From Candidatus Pacearchaeota archaeon (GTDB lineage: Archaea; Nanobdellota; Nanobdellia; Pacearchaeales; JAPDKA01), in the NCBI GenBank assembly GCA_038840695.1, contig JAWBVE010000005.1, forward strand, positions 586 through 64,585: DNA of 64,000 bases, in the 5' to 3' direction. Numbering within the stretch: the stretch's first letter is position 1; each line of letters begins with the position of its first letter. Positions 10,030 through 18,717 of this stretch are shown piece by piece. A program made the position numbers and the translations under genes. The notes below the pieces were generated by a model. That model saw only the letters and a program-made list of their open reading frames with translations, was not told where the DNA came from and did no database searches.

Positions 10030-10502
10030 TTAGGCCATAAAAAAAGAATTAGTTTTGTTGCATTAACATTGCCACCATCAACATAAGATATAAGCAGAGA
10101 GCTAACATAGATATCTTTTTTTTCTGGTAGTATAGGTAAGCAAGTGTTTTCGCTTGCAGTTAAACAAAAATTGAACTCATATCTTGGGGCTAATTTAGTG
10201 AGCATGGCAGCTATCGAACTATTGAGCTCATTGATATTGTTATATTGCACATAGCTTCTGAGTGTGGCATTCTTTTCAATTTCATCAAGAATTATTGTTG
10301 CAATCTCTTTAACATGCTCTTTTCTGCTTAGTTGCTTTGTTTGTTGTGAGACAAAATAAACTAGGCCAAGCAAAATTATGAGCAAGCCTATTATGGCTTC
10401 AATTATTCTTAAGGCCGATTTCCTTGATTTTTTCAATTTTTTTATTGATTTTTTCATTTTCACTTTCATTTTTTTCTTTTTTCTTCTCAAGCCATTTACC
10501 AA
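10026..10502 (-). CDS. Pilin-like protein (short basic N-terminus, hydrophobic helix, Glu near +5)
   Basis: 158-aa ORF. A K-rich leader is followed by SA|LRIIEAIIGLLIILLGLVYFV. This layout of leader, small residue, then a hydrophobic helix with Glu at about +5 resembles bacterial T4P/TadE-type prepilins. It is the last structural gene of the filament operon. Confidence 0.45.
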   Translation of the reverse strand: MVNGLRRKKKKMKVKMKKSIKKLKKSRKSALRIIEAIIGLLIILLGLVYFVSQQTKQLSRKEHVKEIATIILDEIEKNATLRSYVQYNNINELNSSIAAMLTKLAPRYEFNFCLTASENTCLPILPEKKDIYVSSLLISYVDGGNVNATKLILFLWPK

Positions 10503-11182
10503 ACATAAAATCTTACTTTCACTGTTTCAATTTTATTAGCAATTAAGGCCTTGTAGGCTTTTTCTCTTGCAAAAACATTCAAGCTAGGCACACTTTTTCC
10601 GATCGAGGCTTGTTGGCCATCATAAAGAGTTATATTGAAATCAAGTTTTAGGCCTGGCAAAAGCTTGTCCCTTAGCCAACCATAAGTTTCTTGCTGTGCT
10701 TGCTGCAAAGCAGTCATGTTAAGAAGCCTTTCCTCTCTTGCAGGAGAGAAATAAACCTTAGCCTCATTTGAACTGCTGCAGCCCGAGCCATCAAGGCTAG
10801 AGCTAATGCCATTCAATAAATAAAATATCTGCTCATTGCTATTGAGCACTATTTTATTACTTGTTACATCAAAAGCCATGGCCTCAAAGCTACTATTAAG
10901 AAACATAAAGTCTGTTAAGCCTGGTCTTGTAAAATTGATGCATCCTGTTTTATTGACAACTACAGTAATGAAAGAAACATTCATTGTAAAGTCTTTTTCA
11001 AAACGCTCCTCCATTAAATCAAGAGCCGTTCTTAGTTCTGGCCTAAAAAAAGGAATAAAGAAGTAGCCTATCAAAGCAATTCCTAATAAAAAAACAGAAA
11101 AAGCAATTATAATTTCGACATAACTTATTCCTTTTATGCCTTTTCCTGTACTTTCACTACTTTCACCCCTTTTTTCTTGCAT
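10496..11182 (-). CDS. Pilin-like protein (class III-type signal, Glu at +5)
   Basis: 228-aa ORF. N-terminus ...GKGIKG|ISYVEIIIAFSVFLLGIALIGYFF has Gly at -1, Glu at +5 and a ~20-residue hydrophobic helix, followed by a soluble domain. Confidence 0.5.
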   Translation of the reverse strand: MQEKRGESSESTGKGIKGISYVEIIIAFSVFLLGIALIGYFFIPFFRPELRTALDLMEERFEKDFTMNVSFITVVVNKTGCINFTRPGLTDFMFLNSSFEAMAFDVTSNKIVLNSNEQIFYLLNGISSSLDGSGCSSSNEAKVYFSPAREERLLNMTALQQAQQETYGWLRDKLLPGLKLDFNITLYDGQQASIGKSVPSLNVFAREKAYKALIANKIETVKVRFYVW

Positions 11183-11251
11183 TTTTATTTTTCCTTTTTC
11201 TTTACTTTTTCTTTCCTTCTTCTCTTTATCTCTATTTACTTTTCTTATTTT

Positions 11252-12115
11252 TTATTTTATAAAAAGTTTTGCACCTTCAAGAATTAAGAAGGAGAGAGCC
11301 ATAAGTATAAAAGAATGTTTTAAGCCAGCAAAAAGTTTGCCCTCTGAGAGTTTACTTATAACAAAGCCAGTAAAAAAGCCCTGCATAAGAATCAATGCAA
11401 GCACTAAATTATTAATAAATTCTACATCGGTTGTAGCTGGTGTTAAGCCAACTCCAAAAGCTCCAAAACCGCCAACCTGAGTGCCTGCCGCTTCCAAGCC
11501 ACTAAGCGTTGAAAGAACTGCAGGTATAAATTTGAGCTGAACAAAAACCATAATGATCAAAAAAATAAAAAAAATAATATAGCCCTGCATTACCATTCCA
11601 TGAATTGCAGCAGTTCTTTTCTTTTTTATTTCAGATATTTCCTGAACATTTACTAAAGCTGATTCGAGGATACTCTCTATTTTGCCTCCAGCGCGCTCTG
11701 CTTGGCTTATTAACTCTATGGTTCTTGCAATAATATTGCTTCTCGAATCTCTTGCAAAAGTCTCGAGAGCTTTTTTTAAAGGAATTCCTAGCATAATTTG
11801 GTTTGCAAGCTTTTTTACATGCACATCAAGAGCTTTATAATTTCTCTTTGATATGTTTAGTATGGATTTTGAGATGGGAATTCCTGTCTTGACTGATTCA
11901 TTTAAGTCTGAGACAAATTCGATGAACATTTCCTCTTTTTCTTTTTCTTTCTTTGCTCCATAAACTAAATCTATAAAAAAAGGTATGAGGCTGAGTAATA
12001 TGGCTAGTCCAAAAATAAAGAAGAATGTTTTTGTTTTTAAAAAAAAGATAAAGTCAAGGATAATTATGCCTAGCCCGACTAGTATTGCAATGTAATGTGG
12101 CTTTCTTAGTCTCAT
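11252..12115 (-). CDS. Type IV filament platform protein, single T2SS-F domain (TadB/TadC/FlaJ-like), copy 2
   Basis: 287-aa polytopic membrane ORF. N-terminal TM helices are followed by a cytoplasmic helical domain (FVSDLNESVKTGIPISKSIL...LGIPLKKALETFARDS...IELISQAERAGGKIESILE) and then C-terminal TM helices. This is the GspF/TadB/TadC repeat pattern. Confidence 0.65.
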   Translation of the reverse strand: MRLRKPHYIAILVGLGIIILDFIFFLKTKTFFFIFGLAILLSLIPFFIDLVYGAKKEKEKEEMFIEFVSDLNESVKTGIPISKSILNISKRNYKALDVHVKKLANQIMLGIPLKKALETFARDSRSNIIARTIELISQAERAGGKIESILESALVNVQEISEIKKKRTAAIHGMVMQGYIIFFIFLIIMVFVQLKFIPAVLSTLSGLEAAGTQVGGFGAFGVGLTPATTDVEFINNLVLALILMQGFFTGFVISKLSEGKLFAGLKHSFILMALSFLILEGAKLFIK

Positions 12116-12188
12116 TTTGCTCGCTTTTGCCCCTTTTCTTGCTTTTTCTTTTTTATTTTTCTTTTACTTTTCCTTTACTTTTATTTCT

Positions 12189-13169
12189 TTAAGTAGGCGG
12201 TGTTACGATTTGTAAATATATTATGAATATTATGTTGAGGAGTGCAAGAATGGCTATGCCTATTATTGAGATAATGGGCACTGTCAAGCCGGCAATTGTG
12301 CCTCCAAAAGCATTAATAAGCACTAAGACAAGCATAAAAATGAGGGGAGCTGCAATAAGCAAGCCAGTGTAGATATCAGAGTAAATGCCAGCTGACTCAG
12401 TAAATTTTTCTCGTGTTATTTTATAATCAGTTAAAGCAATTTTTGCTTGCTCCTCAAGAAATGCTTTGAGATCACCTCCAGTTACAATGTTTGTTGCTAG
12501 CCCATTAAGTATATCTTGTAGTTTTTTGTTGGCTATAATTTTGTTTGTAGCTTTTATTGCACTTACAACGTCCATGCCAAGTACATTTATTTGGTTTGTA
12601 ACCTTTTTAAGTTGCCTTGCAATGGCACTATATTCTTTTGACTCAGCAATTAAGCCGAGCACCTTTATTGGTTGTACGCCGGCAGAGGCTATAGATGCCA
12701 TATAAAGAGTTGCAAATGGCAACTCAGCTTCAATTTTTCTCTCCTCAGACTTTATTAAAATACTTGGATAAACAAAGAGAAATATAAGGATGGCAAAACT
12801 AAAAACAAAAGCTATAGCAACATTTCTTAAAACAATTGGCCAAGGTGAGCCTATTGATAAAATGCTAGCAAGAATGAGTGAAAAGATGAGTGCAAGAGAA
12901 AAAATAAAAAAAATTAAGCTTAAGTAACTTGAGGCAATCAAAGGTATGCTAGCCTTTCTTAACTTTACTTTATAACTTTCCAGCCAGGGCTTGCTTAGAA
13001 GCTTTAAAGATAGCTTTCTAAAAAGAAAATTTGCTATTTTAACAAAAGAGCTTACTTTTTCTTCTTTTATTTTTTCTTTTTCTTCCTCTTCACCAGGCTT
13101 TATTTTCTTTATTCTCTTTAACGATTCCTCCCTTATTTTTAGTTCCTCAAGCAACTCTTTTTTAACCAT
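12189..13169 (-). CDS. Type IV filament platform protein, single T2SS-F domain (TadB/TadC/FlaJ-like), copy 1
   Basis: 326-aa ORF. A charged N-terminus is followed by TM helices, a cytoplasmic helical domain (SIASAGVQPIKVLGLIAESKEYSAIARQLKKVTNQINVLGMDVVSAIKAT...TGGDLKAFLEEQAKIAL) and C-terminal TM helices. It lies directly downstream of the ATPase. Confidence 0.65.
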   Translation of the reverse strand: MVKKELLEELKIREESLKRIKKIKPGEEEEKEKIKEEKVSSFVKIANFLFRKLSLKLLSKPWLESYKVKLRKASIPLIASSYLSLIFFIFSLALIFSLILASILSIGSPWPIVLRNVAIAFVFSFAILIFLFVYPSILIKSEERKIEAELPFATLYMASIASAGVQPIKVLGLIAESKEYSAIARQLKKVTNQINVLGMDVVSAIKATNKIIANKKLQDILNGLATNIVTGGDLKAFLEEQAKIALTDYKITREKFTESAGIYSDIYTGLLIAAPLIFMLVLVLINAFGGTIAGLTVPIISIIGIAILALLNIIFIIYLQIVTPPT

Positions 13170-13213
13170 TTTTAACTCTTAACCATTCAACCATTTTAGC
13201 TTTTTAACCTTAG

Positions 13214-14779
13214 TTATTTCAAAAATTCGGCTATCACAGCCTTTGGATTTTTGTAATATCTGTTTATTATTTTTTGCACTTCATAAAAATCAAATATCTT
13301 TCTTTTGTAAAGCTCATACAAAAGCCTTGTTCTTACTTTAAATTCATTCTCTATCTCTTCACTACTCAAACCGAATCTATCCTTGATTTTTTCAAAAACT
13401 TTTATTTTTGTTTTATAATAAAATTTGTCCTCTGCAGGATCCCAGAAAAATGGAGTATTCGTTGTGGCTGTGCCATCTTCAGCTACTTCAATTATTTCAG
13501 TAATTTTCCCAAGCCTCCTCGTTTCTTGACCACCTACTAAAGCATGCTGCATTATTGCTATTGCATCAAGTACATTTAACAAAGTAGGGCTTAGGCTTAT
13601 TGGTGGTGTTTGAAGCCTCTTTATGACTGCCTCAACACTATCAGCGTGAATTGTGCTTAAGCTTGGATGCCCTGATGCCATGCCCTGAAAAAGCACAAAA
13701 GCCTCTTTTCCTCTAACCTCTCCAACGATAACATAATCTGGCCTTTGTCTAAAGCTCTCTTTGAGTAAAGTAAAAAGATCTATCTCCTCAGCTCCTCCCA
13801 AGCCAGTCCTAGCTACACTTGGAAGCCAGTTCTCTCTCGGTATATTTAACTCTCTCGTATCCTCTATGCTCACTACCCTCGCTTCTGGCGGGATGAAAAA
13901 AGTTATTGCATTTAACAAGCTTGTTTTACCACTTCCTGTACCCCCAGCAATAAGCAAATTCATTTTATATTGAATTAAAAGCCAAAAATATGCCATCATT
14001 TCAGGACTTACTGTTTTAAAGCTGATAAGCTGTATCGGGCTCCAAGGAATTTTTGTAAATTTTCTTATTGTGAATGTTGGCCCTTTTGTTGTTATCTCTG
14101 TTGTGTATGTTGCATTCACACGCGAGCCATCAGGTAAAGTGCCATCTAGCAAGGGATTAGCATAGCTAATATATTTTCCACATCGCTGAGCCAATTTTTC
14201 AACAAGACTTGCAAGATATTCCATGTCATAGAAAATAAGTGTAGTGCGCAAATTTCTATAGATACGATGCACTACATAGACTGAGCTATTAATACCATTA
14301 CACTCTATATCCTCTATAAAATAATCTCTTAACAGTGGCTCTATTTCATTCAAGCCAATAAAATCTCTATAGATATAGTAAAAGAGCTTGCTGTAGCTTT
14401 TTTCTGGAATTGTTAGAGAAAGTTCATCAGCAATAAGCTTGATTGCTTTATCAATATAGTCAAGAATTTCCTCTTGTGTTTTTTCGCTTAGATAGCTTAT
14501 ATTTATAACTTCCTGAAGAGCATCTCTTATTAGCTTTAGTATCTTTCTTTCCTGCTCATTTAAGAGTGGCTCTTCAATTTCATAAACAAGCTCTGAGGCC
14601 TTCGCGTCCCAGTAAATATGGGCATAGGCATAAGGACTAATTAGTGGATATCTTACATTTACCTTTGTTTTGTCCTCAATTTTTTTAATGGGAGGTATTG
14701 GCGGATTTAGATTGATTGAAGGATATGATTTTGTCATTTTGCTTATTTGACAATTTCGATTTACAATTTTGCCTTTCAC
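13214..14779 (-). CDS. Type IV filament/secretion ATPase (FlaI/PilB/TadA, GspE superfamily)
   Basis: 521-aa ORF. Walker A LIAGGTGSGKTSLLNA, Asp box VSIEDTRELN, Walker B-region RQRPDYVIVGEVRGKEA and His box GHPSLSTIHA. The N-terminal domain length is typical of archaeal FlaI-like ATPases. Confidence 0.88.
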   Translation of the reverse strand: MKGKIVNRNCQISKMTKSYPSINLNPPIPPIKKIEDKTKVNVRYPLISPYAYAHIYWDAKASELVYEIEEPLLNEQERKILKLIRDALQEVINISYLSEKTQEEILDYIDKAIKLIADELSLTIPEKSYSKLFYYIYRDFIGLNEIEPLLRDYFIEDIECNGINSSVYVVHRIYRNLRTTLIFYDMEYLASLVEKLAQRCGKYISYANPLLDGTLPDGSRVNATYTTEITTKGPTFTIRKFTKIPWSPIQLISFKTVSPEMMAYFWLLIQYKMNLLIAGGTGSGKTSLLNAITFFIPPEARVVSIEDTRELNIPRENWLPSVARTGLGGAEEIDLFTLLKESFRQRPDYVIVGEVRGKEAFVLFQGMASGHPSLSTIHADSVEAVIKRLQTPPISLSPTLLNVLDAIAIMQHALVGGQETRRLGKITEIIEVAEDGTATTNTPFFWDPAEDKFYYKTKIKVFEKIKDRFGLSSEEIENEFKVRTRLLYELYKRKIFDFYEVQKIINRYYKNPKAVIAEFLK

Positions 14780-14834
14780 AATTTTGCCTCTTTTAATTAA
14801 TAAAAAATCACGCTTTTTTAAGCCTTTTTAAATG

Positions 14835-15431
14835 CTATGCAGAAATGAGAATTGTATTGTTAACACTGCCGAGAGGGGTTCCAAAATTTTTTATGCTTAT
14901 TTTATATGGCGTAGGAGCTTGAGTTAGTATAAGCTCATTGCCCTCACCATCAATAGCTGTTGTTATGTTTATTGGCTCAGTATAATTTAAAAAAAGCTTT
15001 GTTATAAATCGGCCGGCTTCTTGTGTTGTAATAAGATTGACTGTTCCGACGCTGATTAGTTGATTTAGCTCAGAAAATTTGAAATTAGTGCCAAGTTGCC
15101 ATTCAACTTTATCCTCTTGAGGCTTTATCCGAAGCTCGCCCTTGGCTATCTTTAGCTCGAAAAGCCTGGCAGAGCCTGGCATTTCATTAACATCAAGAAT
15201 AAGTCCATTTAAGCTATTAAGAGCATTTATCATATAATTGATTGTATATCTATCTTTTGCTTCTTCTATTTTTGGCCTTGTTGCAATGAGAAGAGCTGAG
15301 ATCACAGCAAGCCCTATCAAAATATAGATAACAGTTGATATCCAGATATCAGCTCTTTCTGCTTTCTCTTTTATTTTTTCTATTTTTTCTTTTACTTTTT
15401 TTTCTTTAACTTTTCCCGTTTTTCTTAACAT
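14835..15431 (-). CDS. Pilin-like or pilus accessory protein with class III-like N-terminus
   Basis: 198-aa ORF. A K/E-rich leader is followed by ERA|DIWISTVIYILIGLAVISALLIA and then a soluble beta-rich-looking domain. Confidence 0.5.
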   Translation of the reverse strand: MLRKTGKVKEKKVKEKIEKIKEKAERADIWISTVIYILIGLAVISALLIATRPKIEEAKDRYTINYMINALNSLNGLILDVNEMPGSARLFELKIAKGELRIKPQEDKVEWQLGTNFKFSELNQLISVGTVNLITTQEAGRFITKLFLNYTEPINITTAIDGEGNELILTQAPTPYKISIKNFGTPLGSVNNTILISA

Positions 15432-15631
15432 CTTTTTATTTTTTTATTTTGCCTTCCCTTCCTTCTTTCTCCCTCCTTCTTTTTTCTCCTTTTTTCCTAT
15501 TTTATCCTCTCTCCCTTCTAACTCCTACTTTCTCACTTCTCTTCTTCTCCTCACTTCTCTCCACTTCCGCTTCTCCTTTTCTTCCCACACTTCCTTACTG
15601 CTCCCTTTTACTCATCCCCTTTTACCCCCTT
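15432..15631 (-). repeat. 200-nt polypurine (sense, minus strand) / polypyrimidine (plus strand) spacer between two pilin-like genes
   Basis: The plus strand reads almost only C/T (ctttttatttttttattttgccttcccttccttctttctccctcc...). It fills the whole gap between the stop of 15632..16123 and the start of 14835..15431. Confidence 0.9.
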
Positions 15632-16123
15632 CTACTCACAAGTTCTAAGCACTACACTAGACTTCAAATTTTCGCATGTTATATCCTGAGTTCCGGCCCT
15701 AATTACAGGCACTACTTCAGCTCTCTCTACTCTCATTGGAGCACTAAAGTAGTATGTATTTGACTCGCCAGGACGTGGAATTGCCGGAGTCGTTGTTTCG
15801 TTGATCTCATATACTCTAGTTTTTCCTTCCCCACTCAGCATTACTTTTATTTTACTTAATGTGAACTGAGTAAGTGGTCTTTGTATTTGTATGAGTGTTA
15901 GGTTATCTGGGCTACTTGCATTAAAACAAGTATAGCCCTCTTCCAATATAGTAAGCTGCCTATCAAAGCTGCACTCCTTTGATGTTCCTATTCCTTTCTG
16001 TATAAGCGGCAAAATTGCCCCCCATATTATGCCTATCGCAGCTATCGTTATTAAAACAAGCAGTACAGTAGCCACTAAAGCCGATACACCTCTTTTTCCA
16101 CTTTTTTCAATTATTTTTTTCAT
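15632..16123 (-). CDS. Archaeal type IV pilin-like protein (class III signal peptide, DUF361-type N-terminus)
   Basis: 163-aa ORF. MKKIIEKSGKRG|VSALVATVLLVLITIAAIGIIWGAIL is a close match to the archaeal pilin/archaellin N-terminal consensus (basic-G/A | xSxV(I/V)ATVLL(I/V)xIT(I/V)). Confidence 0.8.
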   Translation of the reverse strand: MKKIIEKSGKRGVSALVATVLLVLITIAAIGIIWGAILPLIQKGIGTSKECSFDRQLTILEEGYTCFNASSPDNLTLIQIQRPLTQFTLSKIKVMLSGEGKTRVYEINETTTPAIPRPGESNTYYFSAPMRVERAEVVPVIRAGTQDITCENLKSSVVLRTCE

Positions 16124-16156
16124 TTTTATTTTGTTTTTTACTTATGCTTATTTTTG

Positions 16157-16675
16157 CTATAAGTATTTTATTTGAACTTTATCTTCACACGCATAAAGGT
16201 AAGCATTCTTGCTTTTAACTCCCTCGCCGAGCAATAGTGGAATTATTTCAAGTTTTTGTATGCTCTGAGGGCTTTGGCTTTCCATAATAATTCCAGTAGC
16301 ACCTGGCTCAAGAGCGCTCTCATCAGGATTTATGAAGTAATCCTTAATTTCTGAACGGCCTTCGTAAATATACTTAACTCTGATCTTATAAATTCTGACA
16401 TTGCCAGTGTTTGTTACAGTAAAATTTATTCCAGTTCCTTGGCCGACATCAACATCAAAGCCAACATTTGTGCATGCCTGCTCAATTGGGCTTCCGAACT
16501 TTGTGATTTGTTCAGCCACAAAGCTCCTGCTCCATATAAAAACAATTGCAAAAAGTGCAAGACTAATGCCAATTAAGCCGACTGTTGCAACAACAGGCTC
16601 AATAGCTTTTTTTGCCTTGCCTTTCTTACCTTTTCTTCCCTCTTTTTCTTGCATCTTAAAATAATTTTTAAGCAT
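16157..16675 (-). CDS. Archaeal type IV pilin-like protein (class III signal peptide, DUF361-type N-terminus)
   Basis: 172-aa ORF. ...GKAKKA|IEPVVATVGLIGISLALFAIVFIW has the same archaeal pilin N-terminal pattern. The true start may be the internal Met at 16654 (MQEKEG...). Confidence 0.7.
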   Translation of the reverse strand: MLKNYFKMQEKEGRKGKKGKAKKAIEPVVATVGLIGISLALFAIVFIWSRSFVAEQITKFGSPIEQACTNVGFDVDVGQGTGINFTVTNTGNVRIYKIRVKYIYEGRSEIKDYFINPDESALEPGATGIIMESQSPQSIQKLEIIPLLLGEGVKSKNAYLYACEDKVQIKYL

Positions 16676-16686
16676 TTTTAAAAGTT

Positions 16687-16716
16687 TCTAATTTAAAAGT
16701 TTCTAAGGACTAAGGC
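16687..16716. promoter_or_regulatory. Duplicated 15-nt TATA-like element in the pilin-operon / 615-aa-gene divergent spacer
   Basis: tttaaaagtttctaa at 16687-16701 and 16702-16716, located 12-40 nt upstream of the minus-strand pilin gene start (16675, or 16654 if the internal Met is used). Confidence 0.35.
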
Positions 16717-16816
16717 AAAGCTAGCAAAAGCAAAGTAAAAAGTGAGGCAAAAGTAAAAAGTGAAAATTTAAAAGTTAGAAAAAATTAAAATTTTATGTTT
16801 AAAAGAGGGTGAGAAA

Positions 16817-18664
16817 TTGGCAAAGATGAAACACATGAAAACGTTGCAAACACCACATACAAAAGCAACAAAAGCACAAAAAGCGCAAATAACGCTTTTT
16901 GTTATAATTGCGCTTGTAGTTATTGTGGCTGGAATAGCAGGCTATTTTTTAATAAAGCCAAGAGGCCCGAAGCTGCCACCTGATATTAAAGAGATTGAAA
17001 ACAGCTATGTTAGCTGTCTTGCTGATTTGACAAAACAAGCCATTGAGCTTGCAGAGCAGCGAGGAGGCTATATATATGAGCTCGAGCAAACTCAAGAGGG
17101 CCTTTATTTTAGCAATGCTCTCGATTTTATGGGTGAGAGAATAGCTTATTGGTTTTATTATGACTCGAGTGGCAAGCCAATTGAACAAGTTCCGAGCTTA
17201 AGCTTTATTGAAAGCCAGATAGCAAGATATGTAATGGAACATATTGAGCTATGTGATGATGTGTTAAGAGCAAGCGGGATAAGCTTTGAAAAAAAGCCTG
17301 TGAGGATTGAGATAGCAATAGGCAAAAAAGTTGAGGGAAAGGCACTGATTGATTTAAAGCTAAGCAAGCAAAATGCAACCTATCTGATTAGAGAGCATAG
17401 CTTTACTCTAGACTCTGAGCTAAAACAACTTTATGAAACAGCGCGAGCAATTTATGATTATGAAAGCTCAAGTCGTTTTCTTGAGAACTACACTCTTGAT
17501 GTTTTGACACTTTATGCCCCAACAACGGGCTTTGAGCTTCAATGCATGCCTTTAACTTTTGAAAAAGAAAAAATAAAGAAGGACATAATTGATGGCCTAA
17601 CTGTAAATCTTGAAAGGATAAAGTTTGCCGGTGATTACTTCAGTCTTGCGAGCGAGGAGAATAAATATTATGTCAATGATGTAAAAATTCCAAATGGCAT
17701 ATACGTTAATATTCTTGGCCCACTGAAGCCAATAAAGATAGAGATTTATGGCGATGAAAGAAATGGCATTTTTAAGTTTGATCCAATAGGTAAACAGCCA
17801 GGCTTAGCTATGTTAAATTCAATTGGCTTTTGCTATGTACCATATCATTTTGTCTATGATATAAAATATCCATTATTGATTGAAGTTAGTGGCAAAAAAG
17901 AGCTATTTAAGTTTCCAATCACTGTTGTGCTAGAGAGAAATGGTGTCAAAGAAATGCTCACTGAAGGCGAGAGCGTATCAGCAAGAATATGCAATAGCGC
18001 AATCACAGAAGCAATAATAAATGTATATGACGAGAGCGGCAAGCCGCTAGATGCTGAGTTGTATTTTAAGTGCTTAGATGCTGTCTGCTATCTTGGCAAG
18101 GCCGAGCAGGGCTATTTAGAAGCTAAAGTGCCAGAATGTGTTAATGGCTTTCTTATTGCGAGCTTAGATGGCTATGCACAAGAAAGCTTACAGCTTGATA
18201 GCACGCACAACTTTATTGGCACTCTTTTCCTAAGCCCTCTTTATTCAGTTAAGCTAGAGCTAAATTTAAGAAGCGATGAAAGCGCATTAATACTTTTCGA
18301 GGGCAAGACAACAGCATCAATAAATTATCCTGAACAAAAAGAAGTCAAGCTTGCTGAGGGCAGCTATGAGGTTAGTGTCTATGTCTTTAAACAAAAAAGT
18401 CTGAGCATAGTAAATAAGAGCGAGCTTTGCTATGATGTGCCGGTCTTTTTTGGCATGACAAGAAAGCAATGCGTTGAGCTAGAAGGGATGAGCTTTGATA
18501 ATGTAGTGGTTGGTGGAGGCAAGACAAGCATTGAGCTTAGCGAGGAAATGCTGGCTAGAGGAAAACTCAGAATTGATTTTGAACGCTTTAGTGAGCCGAG
18601 AGAAATTTCTGATCTAGAAACCAATTACGAGCTTGTCGATGCCAGTGAGCTAAAAATAAGTTAG
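16817..18664 (+). CDS. Hypothetical 615-aa N-terminally anchored extracellular protein (possible pilin-like N-terminus)
   Basis: The track start is a TTG at 16817, and an ATG at 16826 follows the SD-like gagggtgag. N-terminus ...KATKAQKAQ ITLFVIIALVVIVAGIAGYFLI is a basic leader plus one hydrophobic helix. The rest has no domain I recognise. It is divergent from the pilin operon and upstream of the giant gene. Confidence 0.6.
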   Translation: MAKMKHMKTLQTPHTKATKAQKAQITLFVIIALVVIVAGIAGYFLIKPRGPKLPPDIKEIENSYVSCLADLTKQAIELAEQRGGYIYELEQTQEGLYFSNALDFMGERIAYWFYYDSSGKPIEQVPSLSFIESQIARYVMEHIELCDDVLRASGISFEKKPVRIEIAIGKKVEGKALIDLKLSKQNATYLIREHSFTLDSELKQLYETARAIYDYESSSRFLENYTLDVLTLYAPTTGFELQCMPLTFEKEKIKKDIIDGLTVNLERIKFAGDYFSLASEENKYYVNDVKIPNGIYVNILGPLKPIKIEIYGDERNGIFKFDPIGKQPGLAMLNSIGFCYVPYHFVYDIKYPLLIEVSGKKELFKFPITVVLERNGVKEMLTEGESVSARICNSAITEAIINVYDESGKPLDAELYFKCLDAVCYLGKAEQGYLEAKVPECVNGFLIASLDGYAQESLQLDSTHNFIGTLFLSPLYSVKLELNLRSDESALILFEGKTTASINYPEQKEVKLAEGSYEVSVYVFKQKSLSIVNKSELCYDVPVFFGMTRKQCVELEGMSFDNVVVGGGKTSIELSEEMLARGKLRIDFERFSEPREISDLETNYELVDASELKIS

Positions 18665-18717
18665 CTTAAGCTAAAACAAAAAAGCCAAAATAAAACAAAA
18701 AAGCCAAAACAAAAAAG

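Noticed and set aside
10026-16675. Whether the filament operon is an archaellum (fla) cluster.
   Set aside because: There are no FlaH (KaiC-like), FlaF/FlaG, FlaC/D/E or FlaX-like genes, and the platform is split into two single-domain genes. This fits better as an adhesion-type (Epd/Tad-like) pilus.
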